Shown in pieces: positions 1 through 14,107 of a stretch of DNA of 64,000 bases. Under the pieces are notes generated by a model. The model made no database searches and had not been told where the DNA came from. It was given only the letters and a program-made list of their open reading frames with translations. Source of the DNA: Macrostomum lignano (taxonomy: Eukaryota); NCBI GenBank assembly GCA_002269645.1, contig NIVC01000278.1, forward strand, positions 1 through 64,000. Reading direction: 5' to 3'. Position 1 is the first letter of the stretch. Every line of letters starts with the position of its first letter. A program made the position numbers and the translations under genes.

Positions 1-3000
1 GCGACATGTAAAAATTTAGAAGCGTCATGTAAACAATCATAGAAGCGTCATGTAAAAATCATAGAAGCGTTCATGTAAAAATCATAGAAGCGTCATGTAA
101 AAATCATAGTAGCGTCATGTAAACAATCATAGAAGCGTCATGTAAAAAATCGTAGAGCGTCATGTAAACAATCATAGAAGCGTCATGTAAAAATCATAGA
201 AGCGTCATGAAACAATCACTAGAAGGCGTCATGTAAAAATCATAGAAGCGTCATGTAAACAATCATAGAAGCGTCATGTAAAATCATAGTAGCGTCATGT
301 AAACAATCATAGAAGCGTCATGTAAAAAATAGGTAGAGCGTTCATGTAAACAATCATAGAAGCGTCATGTAAAAATATAGAAGCGTCATGCAAAATCATA
401 AAGCGTCAATGTAAAAAATCATAAAGCGTCATGTAAAAAATCTAGAAGCGTCATGTAAACAATCATAGAAGCGTCATGTAAACAATCATAGAAGCGTCAT
501 GTAAAAAATCTTAGAAGCGTCATGTAAAAATCATAGAAGCGTCATGTAAAAATCATAGAAGCGTCATGTAAAAATCATAGAAGCGTCATGTAAAAAATAG
601 AAGCGTCATGTAAACAATCATAGAAGCGTCATGTAAAAATCATAGAAGCGTCATGTAAAAAATCTAGAAGCGTCATGTAAACAATCATAGAAGCGTCATG
701 TAAACAATCATAGAAGCGTCATGTAAAAATCATAGAAGCGTCATGTAAAAAATCATAGAAGCGTCATGTAAACAATCATAGAAGCGTCATGTAAACAATC
801 ATAGAAGCGTCATGTAAACAATCATAGAAGCGTCATGTAAAAATCATAGAAGCGTCATGTAAAAATCATAGAAGCGTCATGTAAACAATCATAGAAGCGT
901 CATGTAAACAATCATAGAAGCGTCATGTAAAAAATCATAGAAGCGTCATGTAAAAATCATAGAAGCGTCATGTAAACAATCATAGAAGCGTCATGTAAAA
1001 ATCATAGAAGCGTCATGTAAAAAATCTAGAAGCGTCATGTAAACAATCATAGAAGCGTCATGTAAACAATCATAGAAGCGTCATGTAAACAATCATAGAA
1101 GCGTCATGTAAAAATCAGAAGCGTCATGTAAACAATCATAGAAGCGTCATGTAAACAATCATAGAAGCGTCATGTAAAAATCATAGAAGCGTCATGTAAA
1201 AATCGTAGAAGCGTCATGTAAACAATCATAGAAGCGTCATGTAAAAAATCATAGAAGCGTCATGTAAAAATCATAGAAGCGTCATGTAAAAATCATAGAA
1301 GCGTCATGTAAACAATCATAGAAGCGTCATGTAAAAAATCATAGAAGCGTCATATAAAATCGTAGAAGCGTCATGTAAACAATCATAGAAGCGTCATGTA
1401 AAAATCATAGAAGCGTCATGTAAAAAATCATAGAAGCGTCATGTAAAAATCATAGAAGCGTCATGTAAACAATCATAGAAGCGTCATGTAAAAATCGTAG
1501 AAGCGTCATGTAAAAATCTTAGAAGCGTCATGTAAACAATCATAGAAGCGTCATGTAAACAATCATAGAAGCGTCATGTAAAAATCATAGAAATCATGTA
1601 AAAAATCATAGAAGCGTCATGTAAACAATCATAGAAGCGTCATGTAAACAATCATAGAAGCGTCATGTAAAAATCATAGAAGCGTCATGTAAAAATCATA
1701 GAAGCGTCATGTAAACAATCATAGAAGCGTCATGTAAACAATCATAGAAGCGTCATGTAAAAAATCATAGAAGCGTCATGTAAAAATCATAGAAGCGTCA
1801 TGTAAACAATCATAGAAGCGTCATGTAAAAATCATAGAAGCGTCATGTAAAAAATCATAGAAGCGTCATGTAAAAATCATAGAAGCGTCATGTAAAAATC
1901 ATAAAGCGTCATGTAAAAATCATAGAAGCGTCATGTAAAAATCATAGAAGCGTCATGTAAACAATCATAGAAGCGTCATGTAAAAATCATAGAAGCGTCA
2001 TGTAAAAAATCATAGAAGCGTCATGTAAAAAATCGTAGAAGCGTCATGTAAAAATCATAGAAGCGTCATGTAAACAATCATAGAAGCGTCATGTAAAAAA
2101 TCATAGAAGCGTCATGTAAAAATCATAGAAGCGTCATGTAAACAATCATCAATCATAGAAGCGTCATGTAAAAAATCATAGAGCGTCATGTAAAAAATCA
2201 TAGAAGCGTCATGTAAAATCATAGAAGCGTCATGTAAAAATCATAGAAGCGTCATGTAAACAATCATAGAAGCGTCATGTAAAAATCGTAGAAGCGTCAT
2301 GTAAACAATCATAAAGCGTCATGTAAAAATAGAAGCGTCATGTAAAAATCTAGAAGCGTCATGTAAAAATCATAGAAGCGTCATGTAAACAATCATAGAA
2401 GCGTCATGTAAAAAATCATAGAAGCGTCATGTAAAAATCATAGAAGCGTCATGTAAACAATCATAGAAGCGTCATGTAAAAAATCATAGAAGCGTCATGT
2501 AAAAATCATAGAAGCGTCATGTAAAAATCATAGAAGCGTCATGTAAACAATCATAGAAGCGTCATGTAAAAATCATAGAAGCGTCATGTAAAAAATCATA
2601 GAAGCGTCATGTAAAAATCATAGAAGCGTCATGTAAAAATCATAGAAGCGTCATGTAAACAATCATAGAAGCGTCATGTAAAAAATCATAGAAGCGTCAT
2701 GTAAACAATCATAGAAGCGTCATGTAAACAATCATAGAAGCGTCATGTAAAAAATCGTAGAAGCGTCATGTAAAAATCATAGAAGCGTCATGTAAACAAT
2801 CATAGAAGCGTCATGTAAACAATCATAGAAGCGTCATGTAAAAAATCATAGAAGCGTCATGTAAAAATCATAGAAGCGTCATGTAAACAATCATAGAAGC
2901 GTCATGTAAAAATCATAGAAGCGTCATGTAAAAATCATAGAAGCGTCATGTAAAAAATCGTAGAAGCGTCATGTAAAAATCATAGAAGCGTCATGTAAAA

Positions 3001-6000
3001 ATCATAAAAGCGTCATGTAAACAATCATAGAAGCGTCATGTAAAAATCATAGAAGCGTCATGTAAACAATCATAGAAGCGTCATGTAAAAAATCATAGAA
3101 GCGTCATGTAAACAATCATAGAAGCGTCATGTAAAAATCATAGAAGCGTCATGTAAACAATCATAGAAGCGTCATGTAAAAAATCATAGAAGCGTCATGT
3201 AAACAATCATAGAAGCGTCATGTAAAAAATCATAGAAGCGTCATGTAAACAATCATAGAAGCGTCATGTAAAAATCATAGAAGCGTCATGTAAACAATCA
3301 TAGAAGCGTCATGTAAAAAATCATAGAAGCGTCATGTAAACAATCATAGAAGCGTCATGTAAAAATCATAGAAGCGTCATGTAAACAATCATAGAAGCGT
3401 CATGTAAAAATCATAGAAGCGTCATGTAAAAATCATAGAAGCGTCATGTAAAAAATCATAGAAGCGTCATGTAAAAATCATAGAAGCGTCATGTAAACAA
3501 TCATAGAAGCGTCATGTAAACAATCATAGAAGCGTCATGTAAAAATCATAGAAGCGTCATGTAAAAATCATAGAAGCGTCATGTAAAAATCATAGAAGCG
3601 TCATGTAAAATCATAGAAGCGTCATGTAAAAATCATAGAAGCGTCATGTAAAAATCATAGAAGCGTCATGTAAAAATCATAGAAGCGTCATGTAAAAAAT
3701 CATAGAAGCGTCATGTAAAAATCATAGAAGCGTCATGTAAAAATCATAGAAGCGTCATGTAAACAATCATAGAAGCGTCATGTAAACAATCATAGAAGCG
3801 TCATGTAAAAATCATAGAAGCGTCATGTAAAAATCATAGAAGCGTCATGTAAAAATCATAGAAGCGTCATATAAAAATCGTAGAAGCGTCATGTAAAAAT
3901 CATAAAGCGTCATGTAAAAATCATAGAAGCGTCATGTAAAAATCTAAAGCGTCATGTAAAAATCATAGAAGCGTCATGTAAACAATCATAGAAGCGTCAT
4001 GTAAAAATCATAGAAGCGTCATGTAAAAATCATAGAAGCGTCATGTAAACAATCATAGAAGCGTCATGTAAACAATCATAGAAGCGTCATGTAAACAATC
4101 ATAGAAGCGTCATGTAAACAATCATAGAAGCGTCATGTAAACAATCATAGAAGCGTCATGTAAACAATCATAGAAGCGTCATGTAAACAATCATAGAAGC
4201 GTCATGTAAAAATCATAGAAGCGTCATGTAAAAAATCATAGAAGCGTCATGTAAAAATCATAGAAGCGTCATGTAAAAATCATAGAAGCGTCATGTAAAA
4301 ATCATAGAAGCGTCATGTAAAAAATCATAGAAGCGTCATGTAAAAATCATAGAAGCGTCATGTAAAAATCATAGAAGCGTCATGTAAAAAATCATAGAAG
4401 CGTCATGTAAACAATCATAGAAGCGTCATGTAAACAATCATAGAAGCGTCATGTAAAAATCATAGAAGCGTCATGTAAAAATCATAGAAGCGTCATGTAA
4501 AAATCATAGAAGCGTCATGTAAACAATCATAGAAGCGTCATGTAAAAATCATAGAAGCGTCATGTAAAAATCATAGAAGCGTCATGTAAAAATCATAGAA
4601 GCGTCATGTAAACAATCATAGAAGCGTCATGTAAACAATCATAGAAGCGTCATGTAAACAATCATAGAAGCGTCATGTAAAAATCATAGAAGCGTCATGT
4701 AAAAATCATAGAAGCGTCATGTAAAAATCATAGAAGCGTCATGTAAAAATCATAGAAGCGTCATGTAAAAATCATAGAAGCGTCATGTAAACAATCATAG
4801 AAGCGTCATGTAAAAATCATAGAAGCGTCATGTAAAAATCATAGAAGCGTCATGTAAAAATCATAGAAGCGTCATGTAAAAATCATAGAAGCGTCATGTA
4901 AAAATCTAGAAGCGTCATGTAAAAATCATAGAAGCGTCATGTAAAAATCATAGAAGCGTCATGTAAAAATCATAGAAGCGTCATGTAAAAATCATAGAAG
5001 CGTCATGTAAAAAATCATAGAAGCGTCATGTAAAATCATAGAAGCGTCATGTAAAAATCATAGAAGCGTCATGTAAACAATCATAGAAGCGTCATGTAAA
5101 AATCATAGAAGCGTCATGTAAACAATCATAGAAGCGTCATGTAAAAATCATAGAAGCGTCATGTAAAAAATCATAGAAGCGTCATGTAAAATCATAAAGC
5201 GTCATGTAAAAATCATAGAAGCGTCATGTAAACAATCATAGAAGCGTCATGTAAACAATCATAGAAGCGTCATGTAAACAATCATAGAAGCGTCATGTAA
5301 ACAATCATAGAAGCGTCATGTAAAAATCATAGAAGCGTCATGTAAACAATCATAGAAGCGTCATGTAAAATCATAAAGCGTCATAAAAATCATAGAAGCG
5401 TCATGTAAACAATCATAGAAGCGTCATGTTAAAATCATAGAAGCGTCATGTAAACAATCATAGAAGCGTCATGTAAACAATCATAGAAGCGTCATGTAAA
5501 AAATCATAGAAGCGTCATGTAAAAATCATAAAGCGTCATAAAAAATCATAGAAGCGTCATGTAAACAATCATACAAGCGTCATGTAAACAATCATAGAAG
5601 CGTCATGTAAACAATCATAGAAGCGTCATGTAAACAATCATAGAAGCGTCATGTAAAAATCATAGAAGCGTCATGTAAACAATCATAGAAGCGTCATGTA
5701 AACAATCATAGAAGCGTCATGTAAACAATCATAGAAGCGTCATGTAAACAATCATAGAAGCGTCATGTAAAAATCATAGAAGCGTCATGTAAAAATCATA
5801 GAAGCGTCATGTAAAAATCATAGAAGCGTCATGTAAAAAATCATAGAAGCGTCATGTAAAAATCATAGAAGCGTCATGTAAAAATCATAGAAGCGTCATG
5901 TAAAAAATCATAGAAGCGTCATGTAAACAATCATACAAGCGTCATGTAAACAATCATAGAAGCGTCATGTAAACAATCATACAAGCGTCATGTAAAAATC

Positions 6001-6250
6001 ATAAAAGCGTCATGTAAACAATCATAGAAGCGTCATTAAAAATCATAGAAGCGTCATTAAAAATCATAGAAGCGTCATATAAACAATCATAGAAGCGTCA
6101 TGTAAACAATCATAGAAGCGTCATGAAAAAATCATAGAAGCGTCATGTTAAAATCATAGAAGCGTCATGAAAAAATCATAGAAGCGTCATTTAAAAACTA
6201 ATGAAAGTGTCATTTAAAAAATTAAGAAGCATCATAGTAGAATAAAAGAA
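1..6250. repeat. Satellite array, about 22-bp unit (AATCATAGAAGCGTCATGTAAA[A/C]), 21-23 bp variants; runs off the window start
   Basis: Directly visible tandem unit, roughly 280 copies. More indels in the first 500 bp, and degeneration after about 6000. Confidence 0.98.
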
Positions 6251-7343
6251 GCGTCATGTCAGACATGAAAGGTGTCATGGAAAAATTAAATGCAGCTATA
6301 ATGCTGTGCTGGGGAGAAAAACTGAGACGTCAAGGCTCTCAGAGAATAACTGAGATTACGGGGGGGGGGGTTTCTGAGATGTCAAAGCAAAAGTCAGAAG
6401 CTAATTCAAAGTTCATGTACTTTACTCATTTTTTTTATTGCATTCTTTGTTGGCTCGCCACGGGAGGCGCTGATAGAAGAAGAGTCATGTAAAAAATAAA
6501 AGTAGCACTATATATACATAAAAGAAAAGTCATGTCGAAGTTAAAAGATTCATTTGGGAATTGCTACGATGTCAAAGCTAGGTGGAAATCGTTATAGTGC
6601 TGTGATTCTTAAAGAAGGAATCACTTAAATGTCAAGGCTTAGGGGAGAAGAATTGCTGAGATTTCAAGGCTTTATGTTGGGTTAAAGTTAGGTTTAGGTC
6701 AGGTGTGGGTTGAGGGTTATATTTTATCGAGTTTCAAGGTTAGCAGGGGATTTTTCAGATTTCAAGGTTTATGGGCGCCATCGCTGACATGTTAAGGCTT
6801 ACGGGGGGAATAGCTGAGATGTCAAGGCTCACGGGGGTATAAATGAGATTTCAAGGCTAAAGTCAAAGCTACATGTAGTTTATTGAAAACTTTTTATTAC
6901 ATTATTTGATGCCTCCTCAGGGGAGGGATCGCTGATTAAAAAAGCGTAATGTAAAAAATAAAAGAAGCTTCATGTCGAAGTTAAGATATTCATTTGGGAA
7001 TCCCTACGATGTCGAGGCTTGCAGGGAATCGCTATAATGCTGTAGTAGTGCTATAATGACTCTTAGAGAGAATTACTGAAATTTCAATGCTTTAGGGTTA
7101 GGTTAGGGTTAGGGTTAGAAGGTTGACAGATATTTTTAGATTTCCAAGGCTTATTGGGGGCATGGCTGAGATGTCAAGGGGGGAAGTTGATATGTTAAAG
7201 CTTGTGGGGGGGGGAATTACTGACATGTCAAGGCTTACAAGGTTTGATAGGAGATTTTTTAAGATTTCAAGGATACATGTAGCTTATTAAAAAAACGTGT
7301 ATTGCATTTCTTTGGCTCCCCAACGGGGGGCGTAGATTGCTAG
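6250..7343 (+). repeat. Degenerate about 440-bp tandem repeats ending in a Helitron-type 3' terminus (hairpin + CTAG at 7340-7343)
   Basis: 6521-6600 aligns by eye to 6961-7040 (offset 440). The last copy ends CCCCAACGGGGGGCGTAGATTGCTAG, nearly identical to the termini at 11202 and 14099. Decayed hairpin versions lie near 6455 and 6915. Confidence 0.7.
7092..7118 (+). repeat. Short interstitial telomere-like (TTAGGG)n tract
   Basis: TTAGGG TTAGG TTAGGG TTAGGG TTAG; a more degenerate equivalent lies near 6680-6720 in the preceding 440-bp unit. Confidence 0.6.
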
Positions 7344-7934
7344 TCCTATATACTAAAAATGAAATGTCTGTGTGTATGTGTGAGATAGATTCCAGAAAAA
7401 ACGGCTCAACCGATTTTCTTCAAACTTGCACCATTCGATCGGAAATTTTCCTGGGACGGTACATGCATCCTGGCTAAGAAATTTCTCAATGTTAAAGGGA
7501 TTAAATATTCGAAAAACATGCTTTTTTGCAAAGGTCAAGCAGCTCTTTCGACCTAAAATTCATTGTAAGAATGCTAGAGAAAAAACTGACTGGCTGAATT
7601 CCGATTGTGATAAAGATTGCATCACAACAAGTTGAAAACAGTGCCGAAGAAATGCACACACGACTTGAATGAAATTGCGTAACCATATTGCTAACTCAAA
7701 TTGAGACTGATACTGGCTGACTGAGAAATTGATTATGTCATAACTTTTTACTCCAATTGACTTGCTGTAAGAATTGAATTATAAGGGCCACAATTCATGT
7801 TCTCCAATTGAAAATAGATAGCCAAGATGCAAACAGACTGGAATGCTAATGTAGCGACCTGGGTTCGAATCTTAGTAGTGCAAAAAGATTTTTTTTTATC
7901 AAAACACCTTAAAAACACAAAACTGCTAAACATA

Positions 7935-10480
7935 ATAGAAGCGGAATGTCAAACATAGAAGAGCCACCATGTCAAACATAAAAGAGCCACCATGCCAAAC
8001 ATAAAATAAGCACTATGTCAAACATATACGTGACTCCATGTCAACGATTAAAAAGCCACCATGTCAAAACTAAACGAGCCACCACGTCTAACATTTATGT
8101 GACTTTATGTCAAACATTTAAGTGTCACCATATCAAACATCAAATAGCCACTTTGTCGAACATTAAAGAGCCACCGTGTCAAACATAAAAGAGCCACCAT
8201 GTTAAACATAGAAGAGCCACCATGTCAAACATAAAATAGCCACCATGTCAGACATTAAAAAGCCACCGTATCAAACATAAAAGAGCCACCATGTAGAATA
8301 TTAAAGAGCCACCATGAAGAACATTAAAGAGCCACCGTGTCAAACATTTGGGAGCCACCATGTCAGACATTAAAAAGCCACCATGTCGAACATAAAAGAG
8401 TTACCATGTAGAACATTAAAGAGCCACCATTTCAAACAGTAAAGAGCCACCATGTCAAACATTTAGGAGCCACCATGTCAAACATATATGTGACTTTATG
8501 TCAAACTTTCAAGAGCCACCATTTCGAACATTAAATAGCCACTTTGTCAAACATTAGAGAGCCGCCATGTCAAACATAAAAGAGTCACCAGGTTAAACAT
8601 TAAAGAGCCACCATGTCAAACATTAAAAAGCCACTATGTCAAAACATAAAAGTGCCATCATGTCAGACATTAAAAGCCACCGTGTCAAACATAAAAGAGC
8701 CACCAGGTTAAACATTAAAGAGCCACCATGTCAAACAATAAAGAGCCACCATGTTGAACATAAAAGAGCTACCATGTCAAACATTTAAGAGCTACCATGT
8801 CAAACATTTAAGAGCTACCATGTCAAACATAAAAGAGCCACTATGTCAAAACATAAAAGTGCCATCATGTCAAACCTAAAAGAGCCACCATGTCAAAAAT
8901 AAAAGAGCCACCATTTCGAACATTAAAGAGCCATCATTTCAAACAGTAAAGAGCCACCATGTTAAACATAAAAGAGCCACCATTTCGAACATTAAAGAGC
9001 CATCATTTCAAACAGTAAAGAGCCACCATGTCAAACATAAAAGAGCCACCATTTCGAACATTAAAGAGCCATCATTTCAAACAGTAAAGAGCCACCATGT
9101 CAAACATAAAAGAGCCACCATGTCAGACATTAAAAAGCCACCATGTCGAACATAAAAGAGCCACCATGTAGAATATTGAAGAGCCACCATGAAGAACATT
9201 AAAGAGCCACCATGTCAAACATTTAAGAGCCACCATGTCAAACATTTAAGAGCCACCATCTCAAACATATTTGTGACTTTATGTCAAACTTTAAAGAGCC
9301 ACCATTTCGAACATTAAATAGCCACTATGTCAAACATTAGAGAGCCGCCGTGTCAAACATAAGGAGCCACCAGGTTAAACATTAAAGAGCCACCATGTCA
9401 AACATTTAAGAGCCACCATGTTAAACATAGAAGAGCCACCATGTCAAACATTTAAGAGCCACCATGTCAGACATTAAAAAGCCACCGTATCAAACATAAA
9501 AGAGTTACCATGTAGAACATTAAAGAGCCACCATTTCAAACAGTAAAGAGCCACCATGTCAAACATAAAAGAGCCACCATGTCAAACATTAAAAAGCCAC
9601 CATGTCGAACATAAAAGAGCCACCATGTAGAATATTGAAGAGCCACCATGAAGAACATTAAAGAGCCACCATGTCAAACATTTAAGAGCCACCATGTCAA
9701 ACATTTAAGAGCCACCATCTCAAACATATTTGTGACTTTATGTCAAACTTTAAAGAGCCACCATTTCGAACATTAAATAGCCACTATGTCAAACATCAGA
9801 GAGCCGCCGTGTCAAACATAAGGAGCCACCAGGTTAAACATTAAAGAGCCACCATGTCAAACAATAAAGAGCCACCATGGAAAACATAAAAGAGCCACCA
9901 TGTCAGACAATAAAAGCCACCGTGTCAAACATAAAAGAGCCACCAGGTTAAACATTAAAGAGCCACCATGTCAAACAATAAAGAGCCACCATGTCAAACA
10001 TAAAAGAGCTACCATGTCAAACATTTAAGAGCTACCATGTCAAACATTTAAGAGCTACCATGTCAAACATTTAAGAGCTACCATGTCAAACATTTAAGAG
10101 CTACCATGTCAAACATTAAAGAGCCACTATGTCAAAACATTAAAGAGCCACCATGTCAAACAATAAAGAGCCACCATGGAAAACATAAAAGAGCCACCAT
10201 GTCAAACAATAAAGAGCCACCATGTCAAACATAAAAGAGCTACCATGTCAAACATTTAAGAGCTACCATGTCAAACATTAAAGAGCCACTATGTCAAAAC
10301 ATAATAGTGCCATCATGTCAAACCTAAAAGAGCCACCATGTCAAACATAAAAGAGCCACCATTTCGAACAGTAAAGAGCCACCATGTCAAGTATAAAAGA
10401 GCCACCATGTCAACATAAAAGAGCCACCATGTCAAACATTAAAGAGCCACCATGCCAAACATAAAAGAGCCACAATTTCA
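7935..10480. repeat. Internal satellite, about 21-22-bp unit (AAAGAGCCACCATGTCAAACAT); second array at about 11795-13360
   Basis: Visible tandem unit with many variants and higher-order blocks. Confidence 0.95.
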
Positions 10481-10556
10481 AACGTAAAAGTAAGCGAATT
10501 TTAAAGGAGCCACTATAATGCTAAGGAAATTGTCGCACTAGCTACTTATTGTCTGG

Positions 10557-11065
10557 TGGATGCTTGCTATTTGGGGATGCTATCTATCTGGGGGAGCTTG
10601 CTCTCTGGAAGATGCTTGCTATCTGGGGGATGCTTGCTATCTGGGGGAAGCTTGCTATCTTGGGGATGCTTGCTTTCTGGGGGATCCTTGCTATCTGGGG
10701 GGTGCTTGCTATCTGGGGGATGCTTGCTATCTGGGGGGTGCTTGCTACCTTGGGGATGCTTGCTATCTGGGGGATGCTTGCTATTTGGGGGATGCTATCT
10801 TTCTGGGGATGCTTGCTATCTGGGGATGCTTGCTATTTGGGGGATGCTATCTATCTGGGGATGCTTGCTATCTGGGGGATGCTTGCTATCTGGGGGATGC
10901 TTGCTATCTGGGGGATGCTTGCTATCTGGGGGATGCTTGCTATCTGGGGGATGCTTGCTATCTGGGGGATGCTTGCTATCTGGGGGATGCTTGCTATCTG
11001 GGGAATGCTTGCTATCCGGGGGATGCTTGCAATCTGGGGGATGCTTGCTATCTGGGGGATGCTTG
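10557..11065. repeat. Internal minisatellite, 18-bp unit (GATGCTTGCTATCTGGGG); second array at about 13440-13963
   Basis: Visible unit; explains the MLAIWG / GCLLSG / DACYLG ORFs. Confidence 0.95.
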
Positions 11066-11202
11066 CTGTCTTTTTGCATTGCACTTCATTTAAGTATTTT
11101 GTCTGTTTTCTTTGTGAATGCTTTATTTGGCTATCTTTTTGTTACTTGTAGAGAGCAGAGATTCTATACAGATGTCCCCCAACGGGGGGCGAAGATTGCT
11201 AG

Positions 11203-14099
11203 TCCTATATACTAAAAATGAAATGTCTGTGTGTATGTGTGGGATAGATTCCAGAAAAAACGGCTCAACCGATTTTCTTCAAACTTGCACCATTCGATCG
11301 GAAATTTTCCTGGGACGGTACATGCATCCTGGCTAAGAAATTTCTCAATGTTAAAGGGATTAAATATTCGAAAAACATGCTTTTTTGCAAAGGTCAAGCA
11401 GCTCTTTCGACCTAAAATTCATTGTAAGAATGCTAGAGAAAAAACTGACTGGCTGAATTCCGATTGTGATAAAGATTGCATCACAACAAGTTGAAAACAG
11501 TGCCGAAGAAATGCACACACGACTTGAATGAAATTGCGTAACCATATTGCTAACTCAAATTGAGACTGATACTGGCTGACTGAGAAATTGATTATGTCAT
11601 AACTTTTTACTCCAATTGACTTGCTGTAAGAATTGAATTATAAGGGCCACAATTCATGTTCTCCAATTGAAAATAGATAGCCAAGATGCAAACAGACTGG
11701 AATGCTAATGTAGCGACCTGGGTTCGAATCTTAGTAGTGCAAAAAGATTTTTTTTTATCAAAACACCTTAAAAACACAAAACTGCTAAACATAATAGAAG
11801 CGGAATGTCAAACATAGAAGAGCCACCATGTCAAACATAAAAGAGCCACCATGCCAAACATAAAATAAGCACTATGTCAAACATATACGTGACTCCATGT
11901 CAACGATTAAAAAGCCACCATGTCAAAACTGCTTGACCTTTGCAAAAAAGCATGTTTTTCGAATATTTAATCCCTTTAACATTGAGAAATTTCTTAGCCA
12001 GGATGCATGTACCGTCCCAGGAAAATTTCCGATCGAATGGTGCAAGTTTGAAGAAAATCGGTTGAGCCGTTTTTTCTGGAATCTATCCCACCATGTCAAA
12101 ACTAAACGAGCCTTCACGTCTAACATTTATGTGACTTTATGTCAAACATTTAAGTGTCACCATATCAAACATCAAATAGCCACTTTGTCGAACATTAAAG
12201 AGCCACCGTGTCAAACATAAAAGAGCCACCATGTTAAACATAGAAGAGCCACCATGTCAAACATAAAAGAGCCACCATGTAGAATATTAAAGAGCCACCA
12301 TGAAGAACATTAAAGAGCCACCGTGTCAAACATTTGGGAGCCACCATGTCAGACATTAAAAAGCCACCATGTCGAACATAAAAGAGTTACCATGTAGAAC
12401 ATTAAAGAGCCACCATTTCAAACAGTAAAGAGCCACCATGTCAAACATAAAAGAGCCACCATTTCAAACATAAAATAGCCACCATGTCAGACATTAAAAA
12501 GCCACCGTATCAAACATAAAAGAGTTACCATGTAGAATATTAAAGAGCCACCATGTCAAACATTTAAGAGCCACCATGTTAAACATAGAAGAGCCACCAT
12601 GTCAAACATTTAAGAGCCACCATGTCAGACATTAAAAAGCCACCGTATCAAACATAAAAGAGTTACCATGTAGAACATTAAAGAGCCACCATTTCAAACA
12701 GTAAAGAGCCACCATGTCAAACATAAAAGAGCCACCATGTCAAACATAAAAGAGCCACCATGTCAAACATTAAAAAGCCACCATGTCGAACATAAAAGAG
12801 CCACCATGTAGAATATTGAAGAGCCACCATGAAGAACATTAAAGAGCCACCACGTCAAACATTTAAGAGCCACCATGTCAAACATTTAAGAGCCACCATC
12901 TCAAACATATTTGTGACTTTATGTCAAACTTTAAAGAGCCACCATTTCGAACATTAAATAGCCACTATGTCAAACATTAGAGAGCCGCCGTGTCAAACAT
13001 AAGGAGCCACCAGGTTAAACATTAAAGAGCCACCATGTCAAACAATAAAGAGCCACCATGGAAAACATAAAAGAGCCACCATGTCAAACAATAAAGAGCC
13101 ACCATGTCAAACATAAAAGAGCTACCATGTCAAACATTTAAGAGCTACCATGTCAAACATTAAAGAGCCACTATGTCAAAACATAATAGTGCCATCATGT
13201 CAAACCTAAAAGAGCCACCATGTCAAACATAAAAGAGCCACCATTTCGAACAGTAAAGAGCCACCATGTCAAGTATAAAAGAGCCACCATGTCAACATAA
13301 AAGAGCCACCATGTCAAACATTAAAGAGCCACCATGCCAAACATAAAAGATACACAATTTCAAACGTAAAAGTAAGCGAATTTTAAAGGAGCCACTATAA
13401 TGCTAAGGAAATTGTCGCACTAGCTACTTATTGTCTGGTGGATGCTTGCTATTTGGGGATGCTATCTATCTGGGGGAGCTTGCTCTCTGGAAGATGCTTG
13501 CTATCTGGGGGATGCTTGCTATCTGGGGGAAGCTTGCTATCTTGGGGATGCTTGCTTTCTGGGGGATCCTTGCTATCTGGGGGTGCTTGCTATCTGGGGG
13601 ATGCTTGCTATCTGGGGGGTGCTTGCTACCTTGGGATGCTTGCTATCTGGGGGATGCTTGCTATTTGGGGATGCTATCTATCTGGGGATGCTTGCTATCT
13701 GGGGATGCTTGCTATTTGGGGGATGCTATCTATCTGGGGATACTTGCTATCTGGGGGATGCTTGCTATCTGGGGGATGCTTGCTATCTGGGGGATGCTTG
13801 CTATCTGGGGGATGCTTGCTATCTGGGGGATGCTTGCTATCTGGGGGATGCTTGCTATCTGGGGGATGCTTGCTATCTGGGGGATGCTTGCTATCTGGGG
13901 AATGCTTGCTATCCGGGGGATGCTTGCAATCTGGGGGATGCTTGCTATCTGGGGGATGCTTGCTGTCTTTTTGCATTGCACTTCATTTAAGTATTTTGTC
14001 TGTTTTCTTTGTGAATGCTTTATTTGGCTATCTTTTTGTTACTTGTAGAGAGCAGAGATTCTATACAGATGTCCCCCAACGGGGGGCGAAGATTGCTAG
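11203..14099 (+). mobile_element. Non-autonomous Helitron-like element, copy 2 (head-to-tail with copy 1)
   Basis: Same 5' TC end and 3' hairpin-CTAG, followed by T at 14100. The unique segment 11203-11810 is near identical to 7344-7950. Internal satellites differ in length. Confidence 0.8.
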
Positions 14100-14107
14100 T
14101 TTTCTCT

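Larger units (their letters stand above)
7344..11202 (+). mobile_element. Non-autonomous Helitron-like element, copy 1 (3859 bp)
   Basis: Starts TCCTATATACTAAAAATGAAATGTCTGTGTG...AACGGCTCAACCGATTT, resembling the 5' ends of known non-autonomous Helitrons. Ends CCCCCAACGGGGGG hairpin, then a short spacer and CTAG. No TIR, TSD or Rep/Hel ORF. Confidence 0.8.

Noticed and set aside
1-6250. CRISPR-like appearance of regular repeats (also at 27715, 29555, 32815, 44190)
   Set aside because: Units are directly tandem with no unique spacers, there are no cas genes, and the context is eukaryotic.
7092-7118. Possible true telomere or healed chromosome end
   Set aside because: Only about four imperfect units embedded within a degenerate repeat unit.
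10484-10498. 15-bp match GTAAAAGTAAGCGAA shared between the Helitron body and the inverted repeat at about 44991
   Set aside because: Too short and A-rich to infer a relationship without further flanking similarity.
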